Shown here: piece by piece, positions 1 to 10,190 of the stretch
How positions within the stretch are numbered: the stretch's first letter is position 1
How the letters are laid out: each line of letters begins with the position of its first letter
Assembly (NCBI GenBank): GCA_963823335.1
Contig: CAWGLD010000001.1
Coordinates: forward strand, 512,001 to 576,000
DNA: 64,000 nucleotides
Reading direction: 5' to 3'
DNA from: an uncultured delta proteobacterium
GTDB lineage: Bacteria > Desulfobacterota > Desulfobacteria > Desulfobacterales > B30-G6
The notes under the pieces: generated by a model
Database searches by the model: none
What the model saw: the letters and a program-made list of their open reading frames with translations, nothing else
What the model was told of the DNA's origin: nothing
Position numbers and translations under genes: made by a program

Positions 1-1042
1 CCCGGTCAATCACCTTCTGCATGGTGTTGGCCACCATGAATTTGATCAGGGAAATATCCTGACGGGCCTCTTTGATTCCCAGGTTCTCGATGGTCCAGGC
101 CGTGTGGAGCACCATCAGTCGGGCAGACCGGATTTCCGCCGCACTCTCTGCAATCCAGGACTGAATGATCTGTTTGCTGGCCAGTGTCTTCCCGGGAGCG
201 ATCACCCGGGTCATGGCCCGGTGGCACATCAGATCAAAGACCCGGTTGCAGATACCGATCCAGCGCATGCAGTGATGGATCCGGCCCGGCCCGAGCCTGT
301 CCTGGGCAATGACAAACCCGTGCCCTTCAGGGCCGAGGAGATTTTTCTGAGGCACCCGGCACGATTGATACAGGATCTCGGCATGGCTGAAATAGCCTTC
401 TCCGGCATGTCCCATGACCGGAATGTTTCTGACGTGATTGAAACCCGGTGTGTCCGTGGGCACGATGATCATGCTGGCCCGCATATAGGGTGATGCATCT
501 GGATTTGTATTGGCCATGACTATGGCGAATTTTGCACCGTCAGCAGAAGAGGTGTACCATTTGTGACCATTGATCACATAGTCGTCACCGTCTTTTACCG
601 CAGTGGTATCCATCATGACCGGGTTCGAGCCGGGCAGGTCGACTTCGGTCATGGAAAAACAGGACCGGATCTGACCATCCACCAGCGGCCTGAGCCAGGT
701 TTCCTTCTGCTCATCCGTGCCGTACTGGTGAAGGATCTCGATATTCCCGGCATCCGGTGCCTGGCACCCGAAAACCAGAAAACCCAGCATGGTCCCACCC
801 AGAACTTCTGATACCAGACCATGTTCCACCAGATTAAGCCCCATGCCCCCGAATTCCTTGGGGTGGTTGGGTGCCCACAGCTCCATCTGCTTTACCATTT
901 TCTGTTTTTCCGCAATAACCGGCAACAGGCGGTTGGTGTCGCTGCTTAAAAATTCCGGTTCCAGGGGAATGAGCTCTTTTTCAACAAACTCTTTCATCAT
1001 ACCGAGTATGGTCTGCATTTTTTCAGATATGTTAAAGTCCAT
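1..1042 (-). CDS. Acyl-CoA dehydrogenase (FadE2/ACAD10-like), runs off window start
   Basis: Not in ORF track. Manual translation from ATG at 1042 (GGGAGG RBS): MDFNISEKMQTILGMMKEFVEKELIPLE...GCQAPDAGNIEIL...SCFSMTE...INGHKWYTS...AQDRLGPGRIHHCMRWIG. Open to position 1. Confidence 0.9.
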   Translation of the reverse strand, partial: MDFNISEKMQTILGMMKEFVEKELIPLEPEFLSSDTNRLLPVIAEKQKMVKQMELWAPNHPKEFGGMGLNLVEHGLVSEVLGGTMLGFLVFGCQAPDAGNIEILHQYGTDEQKETWLRPLVDGQIRSCFSMTEVDLPGSNPVMMDTTAVKDGDDYVINGHKWYTSSADGAKFAIVMANTNPDASPYMRASMIIVPTDTPGFNHVRNIPVMGHAGEGYFSHAEILYQSCRVPQKNLLGPEGHGFVIAQDRLGPGRIHHCMRWIGICNRVFDLMCHRAMTRVIAPGKTLASKQIIQSWIAESAAEIRSARLMVLHTAWTIENLGIKEARQDISLIKFMVANTMQKVIDR

Positions 1043-1150
1043 TGTGCCTCCCTTTTTGTTGGAAATGAATCAGTTGAAGTATGCAATTTGAAATTGTTTC
1101 ACAATCGATAGAGGCTTCCAGCCTGATTTAATAGAACACGCAACCCCGAT

Positions 1151-1861
1151 CTAACGATAGGTCAGCAGGGTGTCGTCATTCTTCAGCTCCAGATGCGTGA
1201 TATCATTGAACCCGGCCAGTGCAAAGCCCCTGGCATTATATTTGAACCGGGTGACGGATGCGTTCATGATCTGCCAGGACAGGGCCATGGCCATCTTGTC
1301 CGTCAGGCCCAGGGCTTCCTGGACCACCACGGATATGGGTCCCCCGGAAGTAAATACGGCCAGACACTTCCCGGCCCCCTGGTTCTGCATGACCTGACGA
1401 GCCCCCCTGATCACCCGTTCACTGAAACCATGCCATGTGACGACTCCCGCAATATCGCATACGCCGGAAACCCAGCGGTTCATGGCTTCCTCGAACAGAA
1501 GCTGGAACGTCCTTTTGTCCGTGTAGATATGGGCAAGTTTTTCAGATATCGATGGCTTTTCTTCCATCATACCTGGAAGCTGGGCCTCGAAAACCGACGC
1601 AGAGTCGTATTCGTCGAAGGCCTCGTCCACAATGATATCCGGAACCGGCATGCGCTTCTCTTTATAGGCTGATACCAGCGCCCCTGCCGTGTCGACCTGC
1701 CGCTTCATGCCGCCCACATAAATGGCGTCGATCTTTCTGTCGATCCTGACCCAATGCCTGGCCACAATTTCTGCCTGCACGACACCCCTGGGAGACAGAC
1801 GGTCATAGTTTTCCTGACCAAACGATGCCTGGCCATGGCGGATCATGTAGAGTTCACTCAT
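1151..1861 (-). CDS. Histidine phosphatase (phosphoglycerate mutase) family protein
   Basis: N-terminal RHG motif (IRHGQASFG); C-terminal NASVT...FNDITHL. Confidence 0.85.
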   Translation of the reverse strand: MSELYMIRHGQASFGQENYDRLSPRGVVQAEIVARHWVRIDRKIDAIYVGGMKRQVDTAGALVSAYKEKRMPVPDIIVDEAFDEYDSASVFEAQLPGMMEEKPSISEKLAHIYTDKRTFQLLFEEAMNRWVSGVCDIAGVVTWHGFSERVIRGARQVMQNQGAGKCLAVFTSGGPISVVVQEALGLTDKMAMALSWQIMNASVTRFKYNARGFALAGFNDITHLELKNDDTLLTYR

Positions 1862-1891
1862 CAGAGTCGTTCTTAATAGGCTTCCGGAGCA

Positions 1892-2248
1892 TCATTCCCA
1901 CGATGGTTCCTCTCCTGCATACCGGTCCGGAGACGAAAGGTACCGGAATAAAAAAGCCGTCAATTGTTCTTCAGCCGCCATTCCCAGCATGCGTCCCTTT
2001 TCTTTGCCCCTGAAAAACAGCAGATATACCGGGGTCCCCTTGATGTGCAGCATCTGTCTGAACCCATTGATCAGCTCTTCTTCAAGCAAACAGACCTTTA
2101 AATTATTTTTATATTTTTCAGCTATTTGGTTTAATAGCATGGATTGGTTTGAAAAATCAGGGCCTTTGGGCATACACAACAACAGGACAGGTTTTACGGC
2201 CTTGTCGATTTCTGTGGCATAGTTTCGGTTGTTGATAAAGGTAATCAT
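1892..2248 (-). CDS. Thioredoxin-fold protein without CxxC
   Basis: Trx-like C-terminal half (LHIKGTPVYLLFFRGKEKGRMLG). Start moved to ATG 2248 because the longer ORF overlaps the sigma54 promoter. Confidence 0.6.
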   Translation of the reverse strand: MITFINNRNYATEIDKAVKPVLLLCMPKGPDFSNQSMLLNQIAEKYKNNLKVCLLEEELINGFRQMLHIKGTPVYLLFFRGKEKGRMLGMAAEEQLTAFLFRYLSSPDRYAGEEPSWE

Positions 2249-2300
2249 GGCACCTGCACTTTGAGTCGTGTGTGTCGGTTTTGGATATTTCAACTGATAA

Positions 2301-2317
2301 TTCAAATATCATGCCAA
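2301..2317 (-). promoter_or_regulatory. Putative sigma54 (-24/-12) promoter
   Basis: TTGGCATGATATTTGAA vs consensus TGGCAC-N5-TTGC; -12 is GA instead of GC. Confidence 0.5.
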
Positions 2318-2409
2318 TCTATTCTGAATGCGTCATATTTGCAATCGTTTGATATAATTATTCTATTTTGATATGATCTTCATCTGTGAGCCTAGTGCCC
2401 TCCGGAATA

Positions 2410-2458
2410 TGTGCCATAGCACATATCTGTGCCAACGCACAAGTGTGCCATCCGCACA
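2410..2458. promoter_or_regulatory. Three tandem palindromic sites, probable enhancer-binding-protein UAS
   Basis: TGTGCCATAGCACA (2410), TGTGCCAACGCACA (2428), TGTGCCATCCGCACA (2444). Confidence 0.55.
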
Positions 2459-2566
2459 CTGAAGCAGCAGGCCATGGTTGGCGCAAGGCCTGTTGACAAC
2501 ACCACAGGACAAGGTTAAATCAGCACATACTACAAAATCGCATCTACCAAACAGGAGGCTTAAAAG

Positions 2567-2866
2567 ATGATCGTTGTCGCCAAACTGAAAGCTCAGGAAG
2601 GAAAAGAAGCAATACTGGAAACTGCATTGCGGGACATGGTAAAGAAGGTGGCCTCCGAAGAAGGGACAGAGGCGTACACGCTCCACAAATCCAGCAAAGA
2701 TCCATCGTTGTTTATGTTCTACGAAAAATACAAAAATGCCGATGCGCTGAAACAACACAGTGCCACGCCGCATTTCAAGGCGCTTTTCGCGACCATTCAG
2801 CCCCTGCTGGCGGCACCGCCGGACATCGAGATGTATAAAGAACTGGCCGCACTGGACCAGTCCTAG
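2567..2866 (+). CDS. Antibiotic biosynthesis monooxygenase (ABM)/putative quinol monooxygenase family protein
   Basis: 99 aa; EEGTEAYTLH...FMFYEKY...ALKQHSATPHF pattern; AGGAGG RBS. Confidence 0.85.
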   Translation: MIVVAKLKAQEGKEAILETALRDMVKKVASEEGTEAYTLHKSSKDPSLFMFYEKYKNADALKQHSATPHFKALFATIQPLLAAPPDIEMYKELAALDQS

Positions 2867-3008
2867 CCCAATCGTTCTCTTTTGCCGGAAAACTTAGAAG
2901 AGACATTTTAGGCATTGGTTGCATACAATAATATGCTGGAATTTTATTGGATCATCAAACTTTGAATCGTCGATGGTTATTCACTATTGAAGAACCTCGC
3001 AGCGACCG

Positions 3009-5090
3009 CTAACGCGACGGCCGGGCAAGGCGGTACTGGGAAATTCTTCTGTAAAGTGTTCTGCGGCCGATACCCAGAAGGCGGGCTGACTTGGCGACAT
3101 TCCAGTCGGTCTGCTTCAGCATTGCCTGGATGTCACCACGATCCTTTCCAGGCGTTTTCCTGGCTGAAACTTTTGCGGACACCGGCAAGTCTCGAATATC
3201 GGTCGGGATATGCTGCAGGTGAATGGTGTTGCCATGACAGAGCACAAAAGCATGTTCGATGGTGTGCTCCAGCTCCCTGATATTGCCGGGCCAGTGATAG
3301 CCCATAAAAACACCCAGAACCTCATCCCCGAGCTTTTCGATATGCTTGCCAAAGTCCTGGTTAAACTTCTGGATAAAGTGATCCACCAGCAACGGTATAT
3401 CTTCCAGGCGGTCACGTAAGGGAGGAAGTCGGATTTCAACCACCTTGAGCCGGTAATAGAGATCTTCCCGGAATTCACCCTGCAGGACTTTCTGCTTCAA
3501 GTTCTTGTTCGTACTGGCCACGATGCGGACATCGGCCCTCATGGTGACGGAATCCCCCACCCGTTCAAATTCTTTTTCCTGCAGCACCCTGAGTAGTTTG
3601 AGCTGAATGCTGGCTGAAATATCACCGATTTCATCCAAATGGATAGTGCCCCCGTCAGCTGTCTCAAATCGACCCCGGGCATCTTTGACCGCCCCGGTGA
3701 AGGCTCCTTTTACATGCCCGAAAAGCTCGCTTTCGAGCAGGTTTTCAGCCAGAGCCGAGCAATTCACCGTCACAAAGGGCTTGAACGCCCGGTTGCCAAT
3801 ATTGTGAAGAGCCTTGGCCGCCAGCTCTTTGCCGGTCCCGCTGTCCCCCGTAATCAAAACCGTTGTCTCCAGGTCGGCGAGATCCTCCATCAGTTTGTAA
3901 ATCTCCCGCATGGGTCTGCTTTTGCCGATGATTTTCTGAAACCGGCTCCGCTCTGCAAGTTCTCTTTCCAGCTCGTTCAATCTCGTAATATCCCTGATGA
4001 CAAGGACGGCACCCATGAATTTGCCGTTCTTGTCCATAAGGGGGGAACAGGAAAGGTCCGATTTCTGGGACGGCCGCTGGGGATTACCACACTCCACCTG
4101 GTAGCCTTTGATGCTCGATTTCCGTTTCAGGGTCTCCAGCAGCACCTCGTGGCAGGCATTGTCACACCGACTGGAAACATCCGTAAATACTTTGCCGATA
4201 ATTTTTTTCGTTTCCAAGCCGCAGATGGCTTGCGCCGCCTGGTTGGCCTCGATCACCCTGAGATCTGTGTCCACGGTGATAATGGCATCTTTCACGCTTC
4301 GAAAAATGGCCCGGAGCCGATTGCGGTGCTCCATGGCATCGGCCTTGGCTCGCTTCCGGTCCGTGATGTCTCGAACAATACTGCGAAATCCTGCGGGCTC
4401 GCCCTTTGAATCTTTTTTTAATGATATGGAATACTCGAGTATTTTTCGAAGACCGCCCCTGGTGAATGTCTCAAATATGAACGACTTGCTGGGAATGCCG
4501 GTCAGATAGACCCGGTTAAAAGCCTGGTAGCAGGCATTGGCCGTCTCTTCGTCGGCGGTCTCGCGATAATTTCTACCCATGAGCCATTCCCGGGAAACAC
4601 CGAAAATTCTACAAACAGCATCATTGCAGAAAATGGTGTTGCCGGACAGATCGTTTTCTACGTAACCATCCTCGATATCATTGAGGGCACTCCGATAGTT
4701 TTCTTCTGTTTCACTCAGGGCGGCTTCCCTGTTCTTGAGTGCCGTAATATCGATCAGACACCCGATGTAATTTGAGCCCGTCTGCCCCGACCCCCCGGGA
4801 GGATTCCCGCTGACCCACACAAACGATCCATCCTTTTTCATCAGTCTGAAAACAATTGGCCCCCTGTCTCCAGCGGCAGGGGTGGCTTCCATTGCAGCGT
4901 TGTCAAGCAACAATTTGTCATCCGGATGAACGATGTCCAGAATGTTTATGCCTGTGAGCTCCGAAAAATTGCCGTAACCCAGCATCTGCAGCAGCGCCTT
5001 GTTGACATAACAGACGCTTTCACCATCCAGGGCATACACCCCCGCGGTCAAATTTTCCAGCACACTCTGATCGTACTTGCCCATGTGCAT
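3009..5090 (-). CDS. Sigma54-dependent transcriptional activator with three PAS domains, AAA+ and Fis-type HTH
   Basis: GDSGTGKE Walker [29 protein letters not shown]-terminal HTH. Confidence 0.95.
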   Translation of the reverse strand: MHMGKYDQSVLENLTAGVYALDGESVCYVNKALLQMLGYGNFSELTGINILDIVHPDDKLLLDNAAMEATPAAGDRGPIVFRLMKKDGSFVWVSGNPPGGSGQTGSNYIGCLIDITALKNREAALSETEENYRSALNDIEDGYVENDLSGNTIFCNDAVCRIFGVSREWLMGRNYRETADEETANACYQAFNRVYLTGIPSKSFIFETFTRGGLRKILEYSISLKKDSKGEPAGFRSIVRDITDRKRAKADAMEHRNRLRAIFRSVKDAIITVDTDLRVIEANQAAQAICGLETKKIIGKVFTDVSSRCDNACHEVLLETLKRKSSIKGYQVECGNPQRPSQKSDLSCSPLMDKNGKFMGAVLVIRDITRLNELERELAERSRFQKIIGKSRPMREIYKLMEDLADLETTVLITGDSGTGKELAAKALHNIGNRAFKPFVTVNCSALAENLLESELFGHVKGAFTGAVKDARGRFETADGGTIHLDEIGDISASIQLKLLRVLQEKEFERVGDSVTMRADVRIVASTNKNLKQKVLQGEFREDLYYRLKVVEIRLPPLRDRLEDIPLLVDHFIQKFNQDFGKHIEKLGDEVLGVFMGYHWPGNIRELEHTIEHAFVLCHGNTIHLQHIPTDIRDLPVSAKVSARKTPGKDRGDIQAMLKQTDWNVAKSARLLGIGRRTLYRRISQYRLARPSR

Positions 5091-5184
5091 TACTTTCGCT
5101 ACCTGACAAAGGTTTCCCGCTCAGTTCCGACAATCGACAGACCGGCAAGCCGTTGAGACGGGGCAACGTTCATGCATGAACCTG

Positions 5185-6294
5185 TCAGGATACGTCCCTG
5201 TCTTTCTGGTCCATGACGCAAAACAACCCTTTGCCGGCCATAATGGGTCCAAAGCACTTGTTGTCGGAAAGACAGGCTGACTTTGTGAGATTCCCCGATC
5301 GCCATCGGTTGATCAGGCCCGGTTCCCGGATAAAAGGCCGGCACAAGGAAATATAATCTGCAACACCATTCTCGACAATCTGCCGGGCTGTTTCATAGGA
5401 TCGGTTCCCCCCCACCAGAATCAGCGGCACCTGCACTTCTGTCTTGAATGCCATTGCCTCCTTTTGAAAATAGGCCTCTTTTTCCGGCGTATGAATACCC
5501 ATCCGGCTGGGACTCATTTTTCCCCCGGTGAGGAGGCCCCCGCTCAACTCGATGGCGTCGAGACCCTCTTGCGCCAGCATCTTGCCTACCTGTATGGCAT
5601 CATCCAGAACAAGACCGTTATCAAAAAAATCAGCGCAGTTCATTTTTATCAATACAGGATACTCCGGGCCAACGGATTCGCGTATGGCTTTCAGGACCGC
5701 CAGCAGCAGTTTGGCCCTGTTCTGGATTTCACCACCCCAGGCATCGGTTCGCTGATTGTAGATCGGTGAAAGAAACTGGCTCAACAGATATCCATGGGCG
5801 GCATGGATCTGCACCCCATCGAAACCTGCCTGTTTGGCCCGCCGGGCTGCTTCTGTAAAGGCAATTACAACAGTGTCAAGACCTTCTTCGGTCAATGCTT
5901 GGCGCGGGGATTTGGCTATGCCTTCTACAGCCGAGGGTGCCACCGGCACCAAACCGCTCAGTTTACCATTGGCGTGGTAGCCGGCATGGGCGAGCTGCAT
6001 CACGATTTTGCCGCCCTTGTCATGAACGGCGCCGGTCATCCGCTGCAACCCGGGAATCAGGTCATCCGTATAAACGCCCAACTGCCAGGGCCCGGCCTGA
6101 CCTTCCCTGCTGACATAAGCGTGACTGCTAATGATGAGACCGACACCCCCCTGGGCAAGATCGGTCATAAGCCTGGTCAGACCGGGTGTGACAGCGCCAT
6201 CGTCGGCAGCCATGCCTTCCCAGGTCGCAGAGCGGACAAAGCGGTTTTCCAGGGTCATCGTGTTAATTCTCGTTGTCTCAAATAGATCTGTCAT
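5185..6294 (-). CDS. NADH:flavin oxidoreductase (Old Yellow Enzyme family)
   Basis: QLAHAG, GFDGVQIHAAHGYLLSQFLSP, NQRTDAWGG. Confidence 0.9.
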   Translation of the reverse strand: MTDLFETTRINTMTLENRFVRSATWEGMAADDGAVTPGLTRLMTDLAQGGVGLIISSHAYVSREGQAGPWQLGVYTDDLIPGLQRMTGAVHDKGGKIVMQLAHAGYHANGKLSGLVPVAPSAVEGIAKSPRQALTEEGLDTVVIAFTEAARRAKQAGFDGVQIHAAHGYLLSQFLSPIYNQRTDAWGGEIQNRAKLLLAVLKAIRESVGPEYPVLIKMNCADFFDNGLVLDDAIQVGKMLAQEGLDAIELSGGLLTGGKMSPSRMGIHTPEKEAYFQKEAMAFKTEVQVPLILVGGNRSYETARQIVENGVADYISLCRPFIREPGLINRWRSGNLTKSACLSDNKCFGPIMAGKGLFCVMDQKDRDVS

Positions 6295-7283
6295 GTCGAT
6301 ATCTCCTTTTGCATGATCACCTGAGAAAATTTTCCCCTGATGATCTGTTCCGTCTCTGCCATAATACGGTCCAGCAGCTCTTGACAGGTGGGAATATCCT
6401 TGATCAGTCCCATGCTCTGTCCTGCTGCGAGAACACCTTTTTCCATTTTCCCCTGCTCCAGCATCTCTTTTCCCACCAGGCCGGACACATAAGGTGCGAT
6501 ATCCTCAATCCGGGTGTCCCCCCTGCTCTCGATATCCAGAATTTTCTGGACGATGGGGTTGTGCATCACACGCTCGGTATTGCGCAGAGAACGCATGATC
6601 AGCCGGGTATCCCGTTCCCCATGACGCATCAGCGCAGCCTTGACCTCCGGATGAACCGGGGCCTCCTTCGTGGCCACAAAGCGGGTACCCATGTTCATAC
6701 CGTCCGCTCCCAGGCCCAGAGCACCCACCAGACCACGTCCGTCAGCAAACCCGCCCGATGCGATGATGGGCAAATCGATGGCGTCCCGGGTAAGCGGTAT
6801 CAGAATCAGGGATGTCACATCATCTTCACCCGGGTGCCCTGCGGCTTCGAATCCATCGATACTGACAGCATCACAACCGATTTTCTGGGCCTTGACGGCG
6901 TGTCTCACCGAGGTGCACTTGTGGACAACCTTGATCCCGGCGGATTTTAACTGGTCCATGTACGGTTCGGGGTTTCTTCCGGCGGTTTCGATAAAACGGA
7001 TACCCTCCTGGATGCAGACATCGATATATGCAGGATAATCCGGTGGCCGCATGGTCGGCAAAAAAGTCAGATTGATCCCGAAAGGCTTGTCGGTCAATTC
7101 TCGGCATTTGCGGATCTCTGTCCGCAACCCTTCGGGTTCGGGAAAGGTCAGGGCCGTCATAAATCCGATGCCGCCGGCATTCCCCACTGCCGAAGCCAGC
7201 TCGGACCTGGCGATCCACATGAGCCCCCCCTGGACGATGGGACGCTCGATACCGAAAAGGTCGGTAATTCTGGTTTTTAACAT
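6291..7283 (-). CDS. Nitronate monooxygenase / FabK-like flavin oxidoreductase
   Basis: PIVQGG, PFGINLTFLP, DGFEAAGH, IASGGFADGRG, MGTRF; start set at MLKTRIT. Confidence 0.85.
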   Translation of the reverse strand: MLKTRITDLFGIERPIVQGGLMWIARSELASAVGNAGGIGFMTALTFPEPEGLRTEIRKCRELTDKPFGINLTFLPTMRPPDYPAYIDVCIQEGIRFIETAGRNPEPYMDQLKSAGIKVVHKCTSVRHAVKAQKIGCDAVSIDGFEAAGHPGEDDVTSLILIPLTRDAIDLPIIASGGFADGRGLVGALGLGADGMNMGTRFVATKEAPVHPEVKAALMRHGERDTRLIMRSLRNTERVMHNPIVQKILDIESRGDTRIEDIAPYVSGLVGKEMLEQGKMEKGVLAAGQSMGLIKDIPTCQELLDRIMAETEQIIRGKFSQVIMQKEIST

Positions 7284-7302
7284 AATTCCACCTTTGGTTG
7301 TT

Positions 7303-7525
7303 AGCGATAAGCTGTAAGCCATAAGCCGCTTATCGCTTACAGCTTATCGCTCAAATCTTAAACCTTCTAAATCCCAGACCCTAAAAGCCCATTTCTTTAT
7401 TCTAAGATCCTTTTATGCTGGGATGCTTGGATGCCGGGATGCCGCTTTCCGTTTACAGCTGTTTGCTACCCTCGAACCCTTGTATTCCCCTCGGACCCTC
7501 AGACCCTTTTCTTCACCCTCGAACC
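7303..7525. repeat. Composite short-period repeat region (7-mer palindrome, GGATGCTG 8-mers, CCCTCGAA 8-mers)
   Basis: AGCGATAAGCTGTAAGCCATAAGC/CGCTTATCGCTTACAGCTTATCGCT at 7303-7351; ATGCTGGGATGCTTGGATGCCGGGATGCC near 7416; ACCCTCGAACCC-type tract 7468-7525. Confidence 0.8.
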
Positions 7526-8059
7526 CTATAGATGAATTGCCCCGCTCACCGGTGCCTCCCAGTCGAGCTGCTGATCTTCGGCGATCCGGGTGTCGAATTT
7601 CTGCGAAATATCCTGGGGCATGGCCATTGCTTTGCGCAATTTCAGATCCGCATGAGTCCCCAGAACTTCCAGGACGGCTGCCAGTTTGTTAGCGCTTTCG
7701 TTGATCATGAAATTCATAAAATGAAATCGTTTCTCGTTGCGTCCCAGCAGACGGATACGCATGGCCACGGTTTCCCCGACTTTAACTTCAGAAAAATACT
7801 GGATAAAGTGTTTCAGTGCAAACACACCCATCTGTTTCCGGATAAAATAACTCTCGTCCAGACCATGGGATATAAACAACTTCCAGACCGAGGTGTCGAA
7901 AAGGGCCATATACCAGCGGACATTCATGTGCCCCATGGCATCCAGATAGGTTTTCGGGATGGTTTCACGGTGATATAAGGGCAGCATCGCCAGCTTGTCC
8001 AATGGCACCAGACACCCTTTTGTTTTTTCCCAGATACCACATTCTGACGTGCTTTCCAT
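7526..8059 (-). CDS. Thioesterase family protein (4HBT-like hotdog fold)
   Basis: YLDAMGHMNVRWY motif. Confidence 0.85.
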   Translation of the reverse strand: MESTSECGIWEKTKGCLVPLDKLAMLPLYHRETIPKTYLDAMGHMNVRWYMALFDTSVWKLFISHGLDESYFIRKQMGVFALKHFIQYFSEVKVGETVAMRIRLLGRNEKRFHFMNFMINESANKLAAVLEVLGTHADLKLRKAMAMPQDISQKFDTRIAEDQQLDWEAPVSGAIHL

Positions 8060-8126
8060 ATTTTTACCCTCTTTCCGGGCAGACACTAGTTAAGGGCCAC
8101 CGACCAAGAGCTACCAGCTAACATCG

Positions 8127-10127
8127 TTAGATGTTCCGGCCTGCCGCAAACCCGTTGTGAACCGCATCAAATGCCAGGGCTACCATGTGTGCATCTCCCA
8201 CAACCTGATACGGGATATCTTTTTTCCGCACCATTTCCTGCAGCGGATTGTAGGATTCGGATCCCACCGCCAGAACCACGGTATCCGCAGGAATGGTCTC
8301 CGTCCGTCCGTCCATTTCAACGGTGACACCCAGGGGTGTAATCTCCAGGGCCCTGGTGGAAACATTCGTTTTCACCCCAATACGTGACATATCCTGAAGC
8401 ATGCCCCAGCGCGTGGTCAAACCAATATCTTTGCCGATTTTTTTTATCATCTCAATAAGTACGACATCCTTGGTTCCCTGGGTTGCCAGTTCATATAAAT
8501 CTTCGGGTGTTTCCGCCTTGTTCACCAGCAGGAATTTGAGCGCTTCACCGGAAAGTGTTCCCTTTTCACCCAGAAACAGGGCCGTTTCCACTCCCACGGC
8601 TCCGCCGCCGATCACCACCACTTGCCGGCCCGTGACGACCCTGTTTAAGAGCACATCCCAGGACTGGACCACATGCCCAAGCTCCACTCCGGGAATCGGT
8701 GGGGTGATGGGTCTCGCACCGGTCGCCAGAATGACCCTGGCTGGGCTTTCATCGTCCAGTATCTTCTCGTCCACTGTGGTGTTGAGAACCACCCGGATCT
8801 TCTGAACAGCCACCTGGGTGGCCAGATCTCTGGCCAGTTCCGCAAACTCGGCCCTGCCCGGTGGTGCAGACGCCAGGTAGAGCTGCCCGCCGAGACGATT
8901 CCCACTTTCGTAGATCACCACGTCATGCCCGCATTCCGCGGCCGCAAGAGCTGCGCTCATACCGGCGGGTCCGCCGCCCACCACCATAACCTTTAAAGGC
9001 ACATCCGAGGCCTGCAGACGGCATTCCTTTTCGTGCCCTGCCTTGGGATTGCAAAGACACTCCACTGACTTCAACTTGAACAGGTGATCGAAACACCCCT
9101 GGGCACAGGCGATACAATGGACGATTTCATTCTCGCGTCCCGTAGCGGCCTTTTCCGGGAGATAGGGATCCGCGATCAAGGGCCGCCCCATGGCAACCAT
9201 GTCACACATGCCGTCGGCAATCATTTCCCTGGCCGTGGCTGGATCGTTGATGCGGTGGCTGGCAATGACGGGTATGTTCACGAGGTCTTTGATCCCTTTT
9301 GCCAGATATCCGAACACACCCCTGGGGACAGATGTGGTAATCTGGGGCACCCGCGCCTCGTGCCAGCCCACGTTGATGCACAACCCGTCCACACCTGCCT
9401 TCGCCAGCGTCTGGGCATACACGGCCAATTCTTTGCGCCCCTGCCCTCCGGGCATAAAATCGTTGCCGTTCATACGCACAATCAGGGGATAATCGCTGCC
9501 CGTAACCGCCTTGATACGCTGCATGACTTCCAGACCAAAACGCATCCGGTTTTCATAGGAGCCCCCATATGCATCCGTTCGCAGATTGGTGAGAGGAGAC
9601 AAAAACTCGGAGATGAGATACCCGGTGCCACTCAAAACCTCCACGGCGTCAAAACCGGCTTCTTTTACACGCCGCGCTGCCTGGGCAAAGCTTTCGACAA
9701 TCTCCGCGATTTCTTCGATATTCAATTCCCGGGGGGTTTCCTTGGTCATGCGGGAGGGGACCGGCGATGGAGCCACAGGTTTCTTGCCGCCCGTAAAAAA
9801 GGAAAAATTGTAGCGGCCGGCATGGTTCAACTGTACAGCACTACGGGCGCCATGGCTCTTGATGCCGTCAGCCAGATCCCTGAGCCCGGGGATAAATTCA
9901 TCCTTGTGCGCACCGATGTTCATTGTGGAGCCCGAAAGTTCGTCCACGGTGGCATAGCCGACACTGATCATGCCCACACCCCCGCGAGCCCTCTCAGCAT
10001 AAAATTCAACGAGTCGTTCCGTGACCTTGTAATCTTCGGCCATGTTCATATGCATGGCCGGCAGATAGATTCGGTTCTTGACTTCCAGCCCACCGATCTT
10101 GATTGGATTAAATAACGGATCCTTCAT
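8127..10127 (-). CDS. 2,4-dienoyl-CoA reductase-like FMN/FAD/Fe-S oxidoreductase
   Basis: OYE barrel, then CIACAQGC...CLCNP Fe-S motif, GGGPAG and GGGAVG dinucleotide motifs (FadH architecture). Confidence 0.88.
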   Translation of the reverse strand: MKDPLFNPIKIGGLEVKNRIYLPAMHMNMAEDYKVTERLVEFYAERARGGVGMISVGYATVDELSGSTMNIGAHKDEFIPGLRDLADGIKSHGARSAVQLNHAGRYNFSFFTGGKKPVAPSPVPSRMTKETPRELNIEEIAEIVESFAQAARRVKEAGFDAVEVLSGTGYLISEFLSPLTNLRTDAYGGSYENRMRFGLEVMQRIKAVTGSDYPLIVRMNGNDFMPGGQGRKELAVYAQTLAKAGVDGLCINVGWHEARVPQITTSVPRGVFGYLAKGIKDLVNIPVIASHRINDPATAREMIADGMCDMVAMGRPLIADPYLPEKAATGRENEIVHCIACAQGCFDHLFKLKSVECLCNPKAGHEKECRLQASDVPLKVMVVGGGPAGMSAALAAAECGHDVVIYESGNRLGGQLYLASAPPGRAEFAELARDLATQVAVQKIRVVLNTTVDEKILDDESPARVILATGARPITPPIPGVELGHVVQSWDVLLNRVVTGRQVVVIGGGAVGVETALFLGEKGTLSGEALKFLLVNKAETPEDLYELATQGTKDVVLIEMIKKIGKDIGLTTRWGMLQDMSRIGVKTNVSTRALEITPLGVTVEMDGRTETIPADTVVLAVGSESYNPLQEMVRKKDIPYQVVGDAHMVALAFDAVHNGFAAGRNI

Positions 10128-10149
10128 GATTGTCTTTCCTCCTCAAATA

Positions 10150-10190
10150 AGCGGCAACGCCGCGTCAAATAAATTCGCACAGCAAATTTA
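10150..10190 (-). repeat. Stop-codon-anchored twin-hairpin element (copy 1 of 4, plus one partial copy)
   Basis: Sense strand TAAATTTGCTGTGCGAATTTATTTGACGCGGCGTTGCCGCT; related copies at 29121-29161, 33306-33349, 34639-34682; partial at 45300-45322. Confidence 0.65.

Noticed and set aside
9084-10115. Long antisense ORFs (also 3639-4409, 14807-15721, 17187-18152, 38554-39603, 50877-51734)
   Set aside because: They are shadows of well-supported genes on the opposite strand and carry no motifs.
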